64,000 nt of DNA, from positions 72,478,001 through 72,542,000 of the forward strand of contig NC_043001.1 of the NCBI RefSeq assembly GCF_006345805.1, written 5' to 3'. The stretch comes from Octopus sinensis (lineage: Eukaryota). How positions within the stretch are numbered: position 1 is the stretch's first letter; every line of letters begins with the position of its first letter. Shown here piece by piece: positions 50,021 through 61,960 of this stretch. The translations under genes were made by a program, and so were the position numbers. The notes under the pieces were generated by a model. It made no database searches and had not been told where the DNA came from. It worked only from the letters and a program-made list of their open reading frames with translations.

Positions 50021-50225
50021 ATATAGGGAGAGTTTACGAAAAAAAAACAACAAAAGACGAAGACAGGTGGTGTACAAAACAAACAGATATATTAGTATAA
50101 CACTCAGGAATATAAAAAAGTCTTTACGTTTCGAGCCTACGCTCTTCTACAGAAAGGGACACAGAAAAAACAAGGAGAGAAAAAAAAAGGAGAGAAAAAT
50201 GTGGCTAACGATTTATCATGGCGAC
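50021..50225 (-). mobile_element. Penelope-like pLTR fragment with degenerate minimal hammerhead
   Basis: Minus strand 50152-50125: CUGUAGA-A-GAGC-GUAG-GCUC-GAAA-CG-UA (A6 replaced by U). Confidence 0.6.
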
Positions 50226-50258
<33 letters not shown>

Positions 50259-52099
50259 TACACACATACATATACACATACAAACACACAGACACATATA
50301 TGTATAATACATAAATACAGCACATATATGCATACAAATATTCCTGTGCATACACATGTAAATGTACAAAGACACTTATGCATATTCACATATACATACA
50401 TGCACACATATTCGTGTTTGGATATGTATAGGCATACGCATTATCTGTAATAGGCATACACATTATCAAAAATATTCATAGACATAAATACATAAATACA
50501 TAAACACACACACACTGCCTGTATACTACCCACGCACATCCTATAAGCTGCACACGCACGCAAGCATGTGCTCACACACAAATATACAGCGTCAAACATA
50601 AATATAGATATATAATATATACACACATTACGCATGCACACACACACACACGTGCTCAGACACAAATATGCATTTGCAGTATACACTCACACTACGCACG
50701 CGCACGCACACACACGTGATTACATGAACAGCATGCATATACGCATAACATAACTTTTCACACAATGATTTTAACAGAAACATATTCATATACATATACA
50801 TATATTCATGTGTGTCCGCATATATGTATATGAATGTATGTTTGTTTGCGTGTGTGTATGTGTATGCACGCGCTCGTGTGTCCTTTTGCGTGCGTGTTTC
50901 TCTGTGTGTGTGTGTGTGCGTGTGTAATTTGTGTGTATTAATGTTTGTTTTATGTCAAGTTATATGTAAAAACAATTCAATATTAAATTGAAGGGTTACT
51001 CGATACTTTAAGTAAAACATATGTTTATTAAAGTTTTAGAAAGAAAAGGTTGTCAGTGATTTCGAAGTTTCGGCTTGCTCGCCTTTATGAGCTTTTATTT
51101 TACTCGAGTTCTTTGTGGTCTTATATAACATTTGACAGTTTGCTTATTTGTGAGGTAAGTGCAGTTATGTCACCAACTGAATTTGACACATCTGTATGTA
51201 CATTTACTTCCACGCGAGACTGTAACATAAACAATAACAAAATTCCTGTATCAAACCAGAATAAATCTCATCAGCCTATCTTTATATGAATCCACATCTT
51301 ACAAACACATACTTTCCTTCTTTCCTTTTCAATCTCCTTTTCTACATAACTACTTACCTGATCTACTTACACGACACCCAATTATTAGTCATATAGATTT
51401 ACCTACAATACAAAACAAAAAGAAACAAATTAAAGAGCAGTCTGACGAAGGCAACCAAACCAAATCTTTGAAATCCCAGTAAGACATAATATAAATGTTA
51501 CACCCACCTCCACACATTCATAACTTTAAAATATATTTACCCTCATTCATCCACATCAGTTCGTAATTCAAGGTACTGAAATGTTTTGCAAAATAGTTAG
51601 AGAGAAATAAGAAGTCAGGCTTCTTCATTCACAATTTAACATGCTTCTAACTTACTGTTGAAGGTAAATATATTTTAAAGTTATGAATATTTTTTTCATA
51701 AAATATGGAATATACAGCTGAAGATTGCAATATGTACCAAATTTAAATAACATTAATTTTAAAAATTAATTTATTTAGTTTGTGCATTAAACATGAAAGT
51801 AGTTCTGTATTAACCACCGTAATTTTAAAATAAACTTCATTCATCTCGCTCGCATTCTACAATAATTTCGTATCAAGGTAAATTATCGATGTTTTATTTA
51901 AACATTGATAATTCAACACGCAAGGAAGATAAGTTTTTTAAATGCTCTTCTTCCTCTCTCTATGTTTATATATATATATATATACATAATTTGTCGGCCC
52001 AACGTCAAGATAGAAGCATGTTGAATTGTGAACGAAGATGCATGACTTTTTATTTCTCTCTGCCCATTTTGCAAAAAAAAAAGACAATTTGATTTTTGG

Positions 52100-52176
<77 letters not shown>

Positions 52177-52531
52177 TATATATATATATATATATATATG
52201 AAAAATTCCTCAGTCTGGCTATTTTTCTCTCTACAAAACGGAAAGTTGCATTGTGGAACAGTCGTTTTAACGAGATTTGTTTTATTTATTTATCACCCGA
52301 CGAGATACGTCTGCACTACCGGATACTCCTGAACCAGTTTTTGTGTTTCGCACAAGAAGAGTCGATGCTAGATGTGTCGAAACAATTGTTGTGATTTATA
52401 ATATATTCTCGTATATTCCATCTTCTGTTTTTCATTTGTTATTTACCTAACGATCACTCTGAAAGTGACCATGCTTTACCAGTAAGATACCAGCCAGGTG
52501 TAAACCATTCGTTTTATTATCCATTAATATA

Positions 52532-52605
<74 letters not shown>

Positions 52606-52685
52606 CGTGTGTGTGTGTGTGGTGTGTGTGTGTGTGTGTGTAGGTAGAGTCAACAGAAAAAAGTACTCCATCGAGTGAAAGATAA

Positions 52686-52872
52686 ATATCAATTTAATAC
52701 ATAACCGAAAGAGCTATTAATAGTTTCATGCTTTTATGATACTTGAACATGCATATTTATTAGATACGCCATGTATCTCAAAGCAATCTTTGAGGTGTAT
52801 TTTATAAATGTGCCTGTTCAAGTATCATAAAAGCATGAAACTATTAATAGCTCTTTCGGTTGTGTATTAAAT

Positions 52873-52878
<6 letters not shown>
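52686..52878. mobile_element. Palindromic MITE-like element, ~75-bp arms
   Basis: 52686-52760 is the near-perfect reverse complement of 52804-52878. Confidence 0.85.
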
Positions 52879-52909
<31 letters not shown>

Positions 52910-53000
52910 TAGATGATAGATAGATAGATAGATGGATAGATAGATACAAACATACATACATAAATGCATACATACATTCTTATGTGTATGTGTGTCTATG

Positions 53001-53042
<42 letters not shown>

Positions 53043-53724
53043 ATAATATATATATTATATATATATAATATATATATATATATTATATATATACATATAT
53101 GTATATATAGTGTATATATACACACTCACACACATATATTTTGAGTCTATAGTGGAAAAGAAGCTCCCTCTCTTGGTGTTTCATATCTCAAAAATAAAAT
53201 TTAAAAAATATGCAAGGGAGACAACCCCAATAAAGTTAGAATTTACTATAATTCATATAAACGTATCATTGAAGGACTGTATATATATATATAGCCGTTT
53301 AAACCAGCAATAATAGCGGCCAAATCTCCCACGAAGCACAGCAAACGATTTAGGAAATGGAACGAGGTATTCGACAATATAGCCCTTTAGTCCTAGATAC
53401 ACTGTGTTTCAATAGAAAAAGAAGCTGGTCATGGTCTCAGTATATCTTTGGTTACATGTCTGATGAATCAGAGCTGACCTAGAGCAAAGCAACAACTGAG
53501 GTGGCAGGTAGGTGGTAGTGGAGATGGTGGTATTGGGGATAGTATTTATAGTAAGGTTGTGGATGGAAGTAGTGGTGACGGTGATAATGATGGTGGTTAC
53601 ATGATGTTGGTGGTGATGGCGTTGGTAGTGGTTGTAATTACGGTGATTATGATGATGATGATGATGGAAGCGTTAGTGGCGGTGTGATGTGTGGTTGTTA
53701 ACAGATTAGTAAAATTTAACCAAA

Positions 53725-54360
53725 TATGAGATCATGATCATCATCATCGGCTGTAGCGGCTGTAGTAGCAGTAGCGGCGGTAGTAATAGCACCGACGTCA
53801 TCGTCATCATCATCTCCATCATCACTTTCAAAACTACCATCATGATCATCGTCATCATCATCATCACCCTCATGGTCGCCGCCACCACCACTATCAGCGG
53901 CAAGATGGTGATGACGACGATGATGATGATAATGATGATAATAATGATGATGAGGATGATGATGATGGTGATGATGATGATGGTGATCATCATCGACTTC
54001 GTCGTCATCATCACCACTATCATTATCATTGTCAAATCATCATCATCAACATTACCATCATGATCATGAACATCATCAACATCATCAACATCATCATCAT
54101 CATCATCACCATCATCACCATCATCATAACCCTCATGGCTGCCGCCACCACCACCATCAGCATCAAAATGATGATGATGATGATGGTGGTGGTGATCATC
54201 ATCGACGTCGTCTTCATCATCACCACCATCATTATCATTGTCAAATCATCATCATCATCATTACCATCATCATCATTACCATCATCTTCACCATCATCAT
54301 CATTGTCATCTTCATAATCTTTAGAATTATCATCATCGCCACCGCCGCCACCGTCGTTAA

Positions 54361-54398
<38 letters not shown>

Positions 54399-54415
54399 CC
54401 ATCATCATCATCAGT
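53725..54415. repeat. Degenerate (CAT)n/(GAT)n tract with a duplicated higher-order unit
   Basis: CCCTCATGG..GCCACCACCAC..(GAT)n..GATCATCATCGAC..CATTATCATTGTCAAATC at ~53867-54045 and ~54130-54250. Confidence 0.85.
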
Positions 54416-54969
54416 GGACAAATTAGATAGAGGTGAACTGAACTACAAATAATAATAGAAAAAGAGCGACTAAACTGCTGTTGTTGGAACACGTCATCAA
54501 TTAGACAGGATCAAATCGATCGATATTTCAATCGATATTTAAACTGGAGCTAACATCCCAGAAAATATCTCAGTATATTGCTGCAGAAGGGAAATGAAGA
54601 TAAAATGTTTGTGAAGAATTTGCGATGTGTGTATTTTTAACAGGCAACAGGATGCGGTTTCAAGTTCGGCTCTCTCGTGACACAATCATCACCTCTTACA
54701 GCGCAAAACAGCAGCTATTTATGTATATCTTTTATAAAAAGATTTCTAAATTTGATTATGAAGTATAAATGCTATTCGAAATTGTGTGACAATCATGTGA
54801 ATAAATCACATGTTTTGGTGGGTCTTTGTCTCGGTCTATAGAATTCGCGGGCAGACACATATGTATGTACAAACACACACACTCATCCACACACACGCAT
54901 ACATACACACACACAGGCACATGAATGACATGCATACTTACACCCACATACATGTATATACACGTTGTT

Positions 54970-55004
<35 letters not shown>

Positions 55005-55007
<3 letters not shown>

Positions 55008-55284
55008 CTGAGAATGTGTGACTGTCTGTGTGTCTGTCTGTGTGCATCATCACAATAACTCGAGAACTACCCATCCGATTTCATTCAAATTTTACACATG
55101 CCTTCATTAGGGTCCATGGAGTGTCATGGGCCGAAATTTCAACTTCTCGCCTAATGCGAGCCGGGAGCAATCTCATATCTCTTACACTGTTTCGGAATTA
55201 CGTGTTAAAAGTGAAATAACAACATCTCTATTGCAATGTGATATATTTTCAGTATTATATGGTTTCAATTTCCATTACTTTCAC

Positions 55285-55290
<6 letters not shown>
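55005..55290 (+). mobile_element. Helitron/HINE-like non-autonomous fragment
   Basis: TATATAACTGAGAATGTG..(TCTG)n..ATAACTCGAGAAC..CCGATTTCATTCAAATTTT is the common layout of these elements' ends. Confidence 0.5.
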
Positions 55291-55321
<31 letters not shown>

Positions 55322-55391
55322 ATGTGTGTGTGTGCATATTAGTTTCATTTCTATTAGTTTCACCATGTATTTATATACGTTTGTATATGTG

Positions 55392-55422
<31 letters not shown>

Positions 55423-55423
<1 letters not shown>

Positions 55424-58400
55424 GTCAGGTCGCTCTAGAGTGCTACTGGTAACATGTAATCCAGTACAACCTGTTGCATGGTCGGGACGTCGGCGACTAA
55501 ACTGACAACCCCACCAGGTTCGCTTGGTGAGGAGGGTGCTGTTGGACTCCCTGTGGGATGGAAAAATAAGACCCAACAAAGGGCGGATGAACTCCCGAAG
55601 AGTCAACGGGCCATCCAACAAAATACCGGCCTGCCCGCCCAGCCAGTGGGATGGCGTCATCTTATGGCTAAAACAGCACGAAGAAAGAAGAGAAAAGGAA
55701 AAGGGCCTCAGTACCCTGCACGTCAATCGGGCCACTCCATGACGGCGGAGTGCAACTCGAGCGACGAGAAGCTGCTAAGAATCACAGGTTCCCGAAAGCC
55801 GTCATGGAACAGGAGTAAACTTGCCATATGCACCTACAACTGCAGGTCTATGGCAGGATGGCAAGAACTGAACCACCTAATGGAGGAGAGGAAGAAGATC
55901 AGGTGCGACGTGTTAGGGCTGTGCGAGACACGCTGGAAGACGGAAGCGAGTAAACGATGGCAAGATGGATGCATTGTGAGATTAGGAAAAGCAGAAGGTG
56001 TTAGATCGGTCGGAGGTATCGGATTCATCGTAAGTAAGGAATGGGCTTCGAGGGTCGCTTCTTGCCACTTCATATCATCACGGATTGGTGTACTAAATGT
56101 GAACCTCTCAGGGAAGGCCACCCTCAAGATTGTCCAGACCTATGCTCCCACAAGTACCAGCGACGACGACGAGGTGGAAGAATTCTATCGACAACTAGAC
56201 AAAGGGTTGGCTATGAAGTCCACTTACACTGTCGTGATGGGAGACTTCAACGCAAAGGTTGGACATGGACGACAAGGAGAGGAATACGTCGGGAGATTTG
56301 GCATGGGAGAGAGAAACGAGAGAGGGGAACGTTTGGCTACCATGGCAGAGGCGAGGCAGCTCTACATCGGAAACAGCCTATTCAGGAAGAGGGAGAGGAA
56401 GAGATGGACTTGAATATCGCCGAACTCTAAGCACCGAAGCGAGATCGACTACATCCTGGTTGATAAGCGACGCATATTGCATGACGTCTCCGTCATGACG
56501 CCATTCAACGCCGGCAGCGATCATCGTCTGGTAAGGGCGAGAGTCGTCATCGACGAGAAGAGGGAGAAGATGGCGTTATATTTGGCGTCGAAGGGAAAAC
56601 GTGTCCGAGTCTACAACGAGGCAAAGCTGCAGGAAGCCATCATGCAGGAAGACTGGTGCCAAGGAGACGATATAGACGATGACTACAACTCACTGATAGG
56701 GAAACTGAAGGAGTGTTTAAGGAAGGCTAAGGGTGTATGCCCAAGAGAAAAGAAGGGAAGAATCTCGGAAGAAACTACGAAGTTACTCGAGAAGAGGAAA
56801 AATATGAAGAGGACTATTGAAGATCACCTTGAATATTCCATTCTCAGCAGAGTGATTCGTCAGCAACTAAAGAAAGACTTTGAGGCATATCGGATGGAGA
56901 AGCTCTTGAAGGCCGCAGAGAAAAAGAAGAGCCTCAAGAAATGCAAGCGGGACATGGTACTATATAGATCGGAGGTGATGGCCCTGAAAAATACAGATGG
57001 AATACCGGTCAACGAGAAGAGCGAGATGGAAAAAGCTTGTGAAGACTTCTACACCAAGCTCTTTAAGTCTACCAGAAATGTCCAGCCGTTACCACCACTC
57101 CAACAGGAAGAAAACGTGCCACCTATCCTTGTCAGTGAGGTTGAAAGAGCCATCGGCTCGATGAAAAAAGGAAAGGCTCCAGGGAAAGACGGTATAACAT
57201 CGGAGGTGCTAAAGTCAGGCAGAGAGCAGCTCTGGAAAATCCTCGCTGAGCGATTTACGCACTATCTAGACGAGGGAAGAATTCCCTCGCAATGGAAAGA
57301 GTCAAATACCATAAGAAGGGCGACAGAGAAGATCTAAAGAACTACCGACCCATATGCCTGCTATCTCACGTGTACAAGCTGTTCACGAAGATAATTCTGA
57401 ACAGGTTGTCACGTCGTCTCGACGAACAACAACCGAGGGAGCAAGCAGGCTTCCGGAAGAAACTACAGCACAATGGACCATATATTTGCTCTAACGCAAC
57501 TGATTGAGCGAGCAAATGAGTACAAGCTGCCTCTTTGCGTTGCGTTTATAGATTATGAGAAGGCCTTTGATTGCGTCGAAACCAACGCAGTGCTGAACTC
57601 GCTGCAGAGGCAAGGAATCGAAGCACAATATGTGCAGCTGCTCAGAGAGGCAAATTCCGGATGCACCACCGACATAGCTCTACTGTCATCACCCATACGA
57701 GTGCCGGTCGAGAAGGGAGTGAAGCAAGGAGATACAATCTCCCCAAAACTTTTCACTGCATGTCTCGAACAGATCATCAGAGACATCGAATGGCAAGGTG
57801 GTGTCAACATCAATGGCGAGCTCCTCACTCACCTTCGTTTCGCTGACGACATCGTACTCATCGCTGAAAACATGGATCAGCTTCAGACCATGCTGACGGA
57901 GCTCGACATCAAAAGTTCTGCAGTAGGTCTCAAGATGAACCGCATGAAAACAAAGTTCATGCGGTCAGACAAAGTACCAACAGGTCGAATGGTGATTGTC
58001 AGTGATGAAATAGAGGAGGTGAGAGAATATGTCTACCTGGGACAGGAAGTAAATATGTGCCGGATATCAAAGAGGAGAGCTCACGGATGGAAGGCGTTCA
58101 ATGGCATGAGGTATGAGCTCAAGGGAAGGTTGGACAGGACCACCCGCGCCAACCTCATTAACAGTGCAGTTCTGCCTGCAATGTTATATGGTAGTGAAAC
58201 ATGGGCTACCACAAAGAGAGAAGAGCAAAGACTGATAACGGCTCAAAGAGCCATGGAAAGGTCATTGCTTGGTATCTCGTTGAGAGAGCACATAAATAGC
58301 AACATCATCAGAAAGAAGTCCGGCGTGAGAGATGTCATCGCAGAGTATACTCGCAGCAAGTATAGATGGGCTAGACACGTTGCCCGGCTCACCGATAATC

Positions 58401-58608
58401 GGTGGACGCTCGCAGTTGTCGAGTGGTACCCGCGTGAGCGGAAAACACCACCCAGAAGACCTCCACGACGGTGGAGTACGATTTCAAGAGGACGATTGGG
58501 ATCACGTGGATGAGAAAGGCGCGATCCAGAGAGGAGTGGACAGCGTGCTGTGACCAGCGGTGTCAAATGGACGCCTGAAGAACTGGTCGGTCAAAGTGAT
58601 CAAGTGAA

Positions 58609-58612
<4 letters not shown>
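55423..58612 (+). mobile_element. Near-full-length RTE-clade LINE (APE + RT), disrupted
   Basis: APE motifs TYNCRS, LGLCETRW, YAPT, MGDFNAKVG, IDYILV, SDHRLV; RT motifs [58 protein letters not shown] at 56411 plus frameshifts near 57310, 57460 and 58485; tail (AAGTGA)-like repeats; flanked by (TA)n. Confidence 0.97.
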
Positions 58613-58674
<62 letters not shown>

Positions 58675-58699
58675 GAGATGTGGAACACGAGTTGTGATA

Positions 58700-60928
58700 T
58701 ATAAAAAAAGGAAATGAAGAAAATGCTGACAAAATAATTTGAGTAAGGGAGAGTGTATTTAAGTAGGTGAAAGTTCTTTTTTTAAACATAAAAAGAGAAA
58801 AATTGGGTTAGAATACAATGTTCATTTTTTGTGAATGATTTCAGTGTATAAGTAAAAATGTAAGAGTCTTTTACAGTGTTCTGTTTCAGAATAAGATATT
58901 TAGTAAAAGCGTGTAATATACAGTTTTTTGTGGAAAAGTTCAATGTCAGATTTCAGTGTAGAAAAAAAAAAGTAAGAGTTTACTATTGCGCATTTGTTAT
59001 GCTTATCAAAAGATATTTTGAGTGAGATAGAGTTCCTTTCTGATTGATTTTTTCTCTTATTGACTTTATGTTGGGTTTGCTGTCTCTTATATGTGAAAAA
59101 AGAGGCTCCAGAGTTGTTAAGATTTGCTTGGTTTCGCGCTAAAATTTCTTGTGGACAATGGTCAATACAATTTTGATTGGTCATTATAAAGGAGTCACGT
59201 GAATGTTTGAATGGAAGTTGGTGTTGGGTAAGAAAATAGGCTCCAGAGATGTTAAAATTTGGCTGGTATCGCGCCAAAATTTCTTATTGGTCATAATAAA
59301 GAGGTCACGTGAAGTGGTCATAATAGAGAGGTCACGTGAATGTTTAGAATGAATGTTGGTGTGGGTGGGGTGGGTTTTCGAAAATAGCGTGTTGAAAATT
59401 CTTATTGTTCAGGCTGGTCAGTAGACGTCATGTGGATATTTTGAATAGCTTTTTAGCGCGTAGTTCAAAGGAGTGTATTTTCCGCTTGACTGAATTTGGG
59501 CTGGAAAAGTAAGTTCGTTTAGGACAGGAAGAGCTACATGTATGTGTGTGTGTGGTGTGTGCGCGCGCGCGCGCGCGCGTGTGTGTGTGTGTTTATATGT
59601 ATGTTGGGGCGCGCGCGCGTGTATATATGTGTGCGTGTGTGGGTACAATTTTCAATATTTATAGTACTGCTGGCCTTGTGCCTGTATCGGGAAGCAACGT
59701 GTTTGTGTGAAGTCAATATTTACAGTCATTTCAAAAAAATAGTGTTGGATGTTTTGCACCCGTATCAAATTATGTGTATGTGTGGACCATATGTTTGCGT
59801 GTGTCATGGTGTTAATATCTGGGTAAAAGTGTGTGTAGGGTGTGTGCAGGTGTAAGTGTGTTTGTTGTGGGTTCGTGTTAGGGGGATGTGTTTAGAAGTG
59901 GTAAATATTGACTTCAAACAAACACGTTGCTTTCCGATACAGGCACAAGGCCAGCAGAACTATAAATATTGAAAATTGTACCCACACACGCACACATATA
60001 TACACGCGCGCGCCCCAACATACATATAAACCCACACACACCACACACACACGCGCGCGCGCGCGCACACACACACATACATATAGCTCTTCCTGTCCTA
60101 AACGAACTTATTTTTCCAGTTCAAATTCAGTCAAGCGGAAAATACACTCCTTAACTACGCGCTAAAAAGCTATTCAAAATATCCACATGACGTCTACTGA
60201 CCAGCCTGAACAATAAGAATTTTCAACAACGCTATTTTCGAAAACCCCACCTACCACCCACACCAACATTCATTCTAAACATTCACGTGACCTCTCTATT
60301 ATGACCACATTCACGTGACCTCTTTATTATGACCAATAAGAAATTTTAGGCGCGATACCAGCCAAATTTTAACATCTCTGGAGCCTATTTTCGTACCCCA
60401 ACATCAACTTCCATTCAAACATTCACGTGACTCCTTTATAATGACCAATCAAAATTGTATTGACCATTGTCCACAAGAAATTTTAGGTGCGAAACCAAGC
60501 AAATCTTAAACAACCCTGGAACCTCTTTTTTCACATGTAAGAGACAGCAAACCCAACATAAAGTCAGATAAGAGAAAAAAATCAATCAGAAAGGAACTCT
60601 ATCTCACTCAAAATATCTTTTGATAAGCATATTAAATGCGCAACCGGTAAACTCTTACTTTTTTTATTCTACACTGAAATCTGACATTGAACTTTTCCAC
60701 AAAAAACTGTATATTACACGCTTTTACTAAATATCTTATTCTGAAACAGAACACTGTAAAAGACTCTTACTTTTTTTCTTATACACTGAAATCATTCACA
60801 AAAAATGGACATTGTATTTTAACCCAATATTTCTCTTTTTTTGTTTAAAAAAAGAACTTTCACCTAATTAAATACACTCTCCCTTACTTAAATTATTTTG
60901 TCAGCATTTTTTGCATTTCCTTTTTATA
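58700..60928. mobile_element. ~2.2-kb foldback element (~1.02-kb inverted arms, ~177-bp spacer)
   Basis: 58700-59723 is the reverse complement of 59901-60928 throughout, with scattered substitutions; no ORF. Confidence 0.9.
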
Positions 60929-60951
60929 ACACACACACACACACACACCAC

Positions 60952-61015
<64 letters not shown>

Positions 61016-61312
61016 TTATATTATACATAATATATATATACGAAAACATCTAAAAGCTCGTATATATATAATATATATATATATTATAGATTATATATAT
61101 ATATAATATATATATACGAAAACACCTAAAAGCTCCACGTATGGGGTGTTGACGACTCTGTTGTACTTTTTCACCACAACTTTCTCCACCCTCTCTTCCT
61201 GTTTCTTGAAGCTGGGGGGAACACATACGCTACAGAAACCGGGCCCATGAGCCTGGCTAGGCTTGAAAAGGGCAGCGTTTACCGCTATATATACATCTAT
61301 GTATATATATAT

Positions 61313-61652
61313 ATTTATGTTGCAAATAAGAAAATGGAGGAGTGCAATAGTTGGTTCATCAACTTTAGGACATTAAATTATGTTAACTTATTTATTTATT
61401 AAACTGATAATTATAATAACATACATATAGCATATTATCCTATGCATATAAAATAAGGATACCAGTAATTAATTAAAAAAAACATGAATTTACTTGTATC
61501 CTTATTTTATATGCATAGGATAATATGCTATATGTATGTATGTATATTATTATAATTATCAGTTTAATAAATAAATAAGTTAACGTTTTTAATGTCATAA
61601 AGTTGATGAACCAACTATTGTGCTCCCCCATTTTCTTATTTGCAACATAAAT
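61313..61652. mobile_element. 340-bp palindromic MITE-like element
   Basis: ATTTATGTTGCAAATAAGAAAATGG.. mirrored by ..CCATTTTCTTATTTGCAACATAAAT; arms ~155 bp, short spacer. Confidence 0.85.
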
Positions 61653-61768
61653 TAATGGAATTCTCTTTACCTTCACCCATTTAATACACTAGATAAATTA
61701 ACTGCAATGCAATATAAAACACTTGTGTATTAATAATTGGGTATTATACCAACACACACACACGCACG

Positions 61769-61823
<55 letters not shown>

Positions 61824-61827
<4 letters not shown>

Positions 61828-61959
61828 AAGGGCTTCTTTCAGTTTCCGTCGACCAAATCCGCTCACAAGGCTTTGGTCGGCCCGAGACTATAGTAGATGA
61901 CACTTGCCCAAGGTGCCGCGCAGTGGTACTGAACCCGAAACCATGTGGTAGGTAAGCAA
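61824..61959 (-). mobile_element. SINE family B 5' region lacking its A-box
   Basis: Minus strand TTGCTTACCTACCACATGGTTTCGGGTTCAGTACCACTGCGCGGCACCTTGGGCAAGTG.. Confidence 0.85.
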
Positions 61960-61960
61960 T

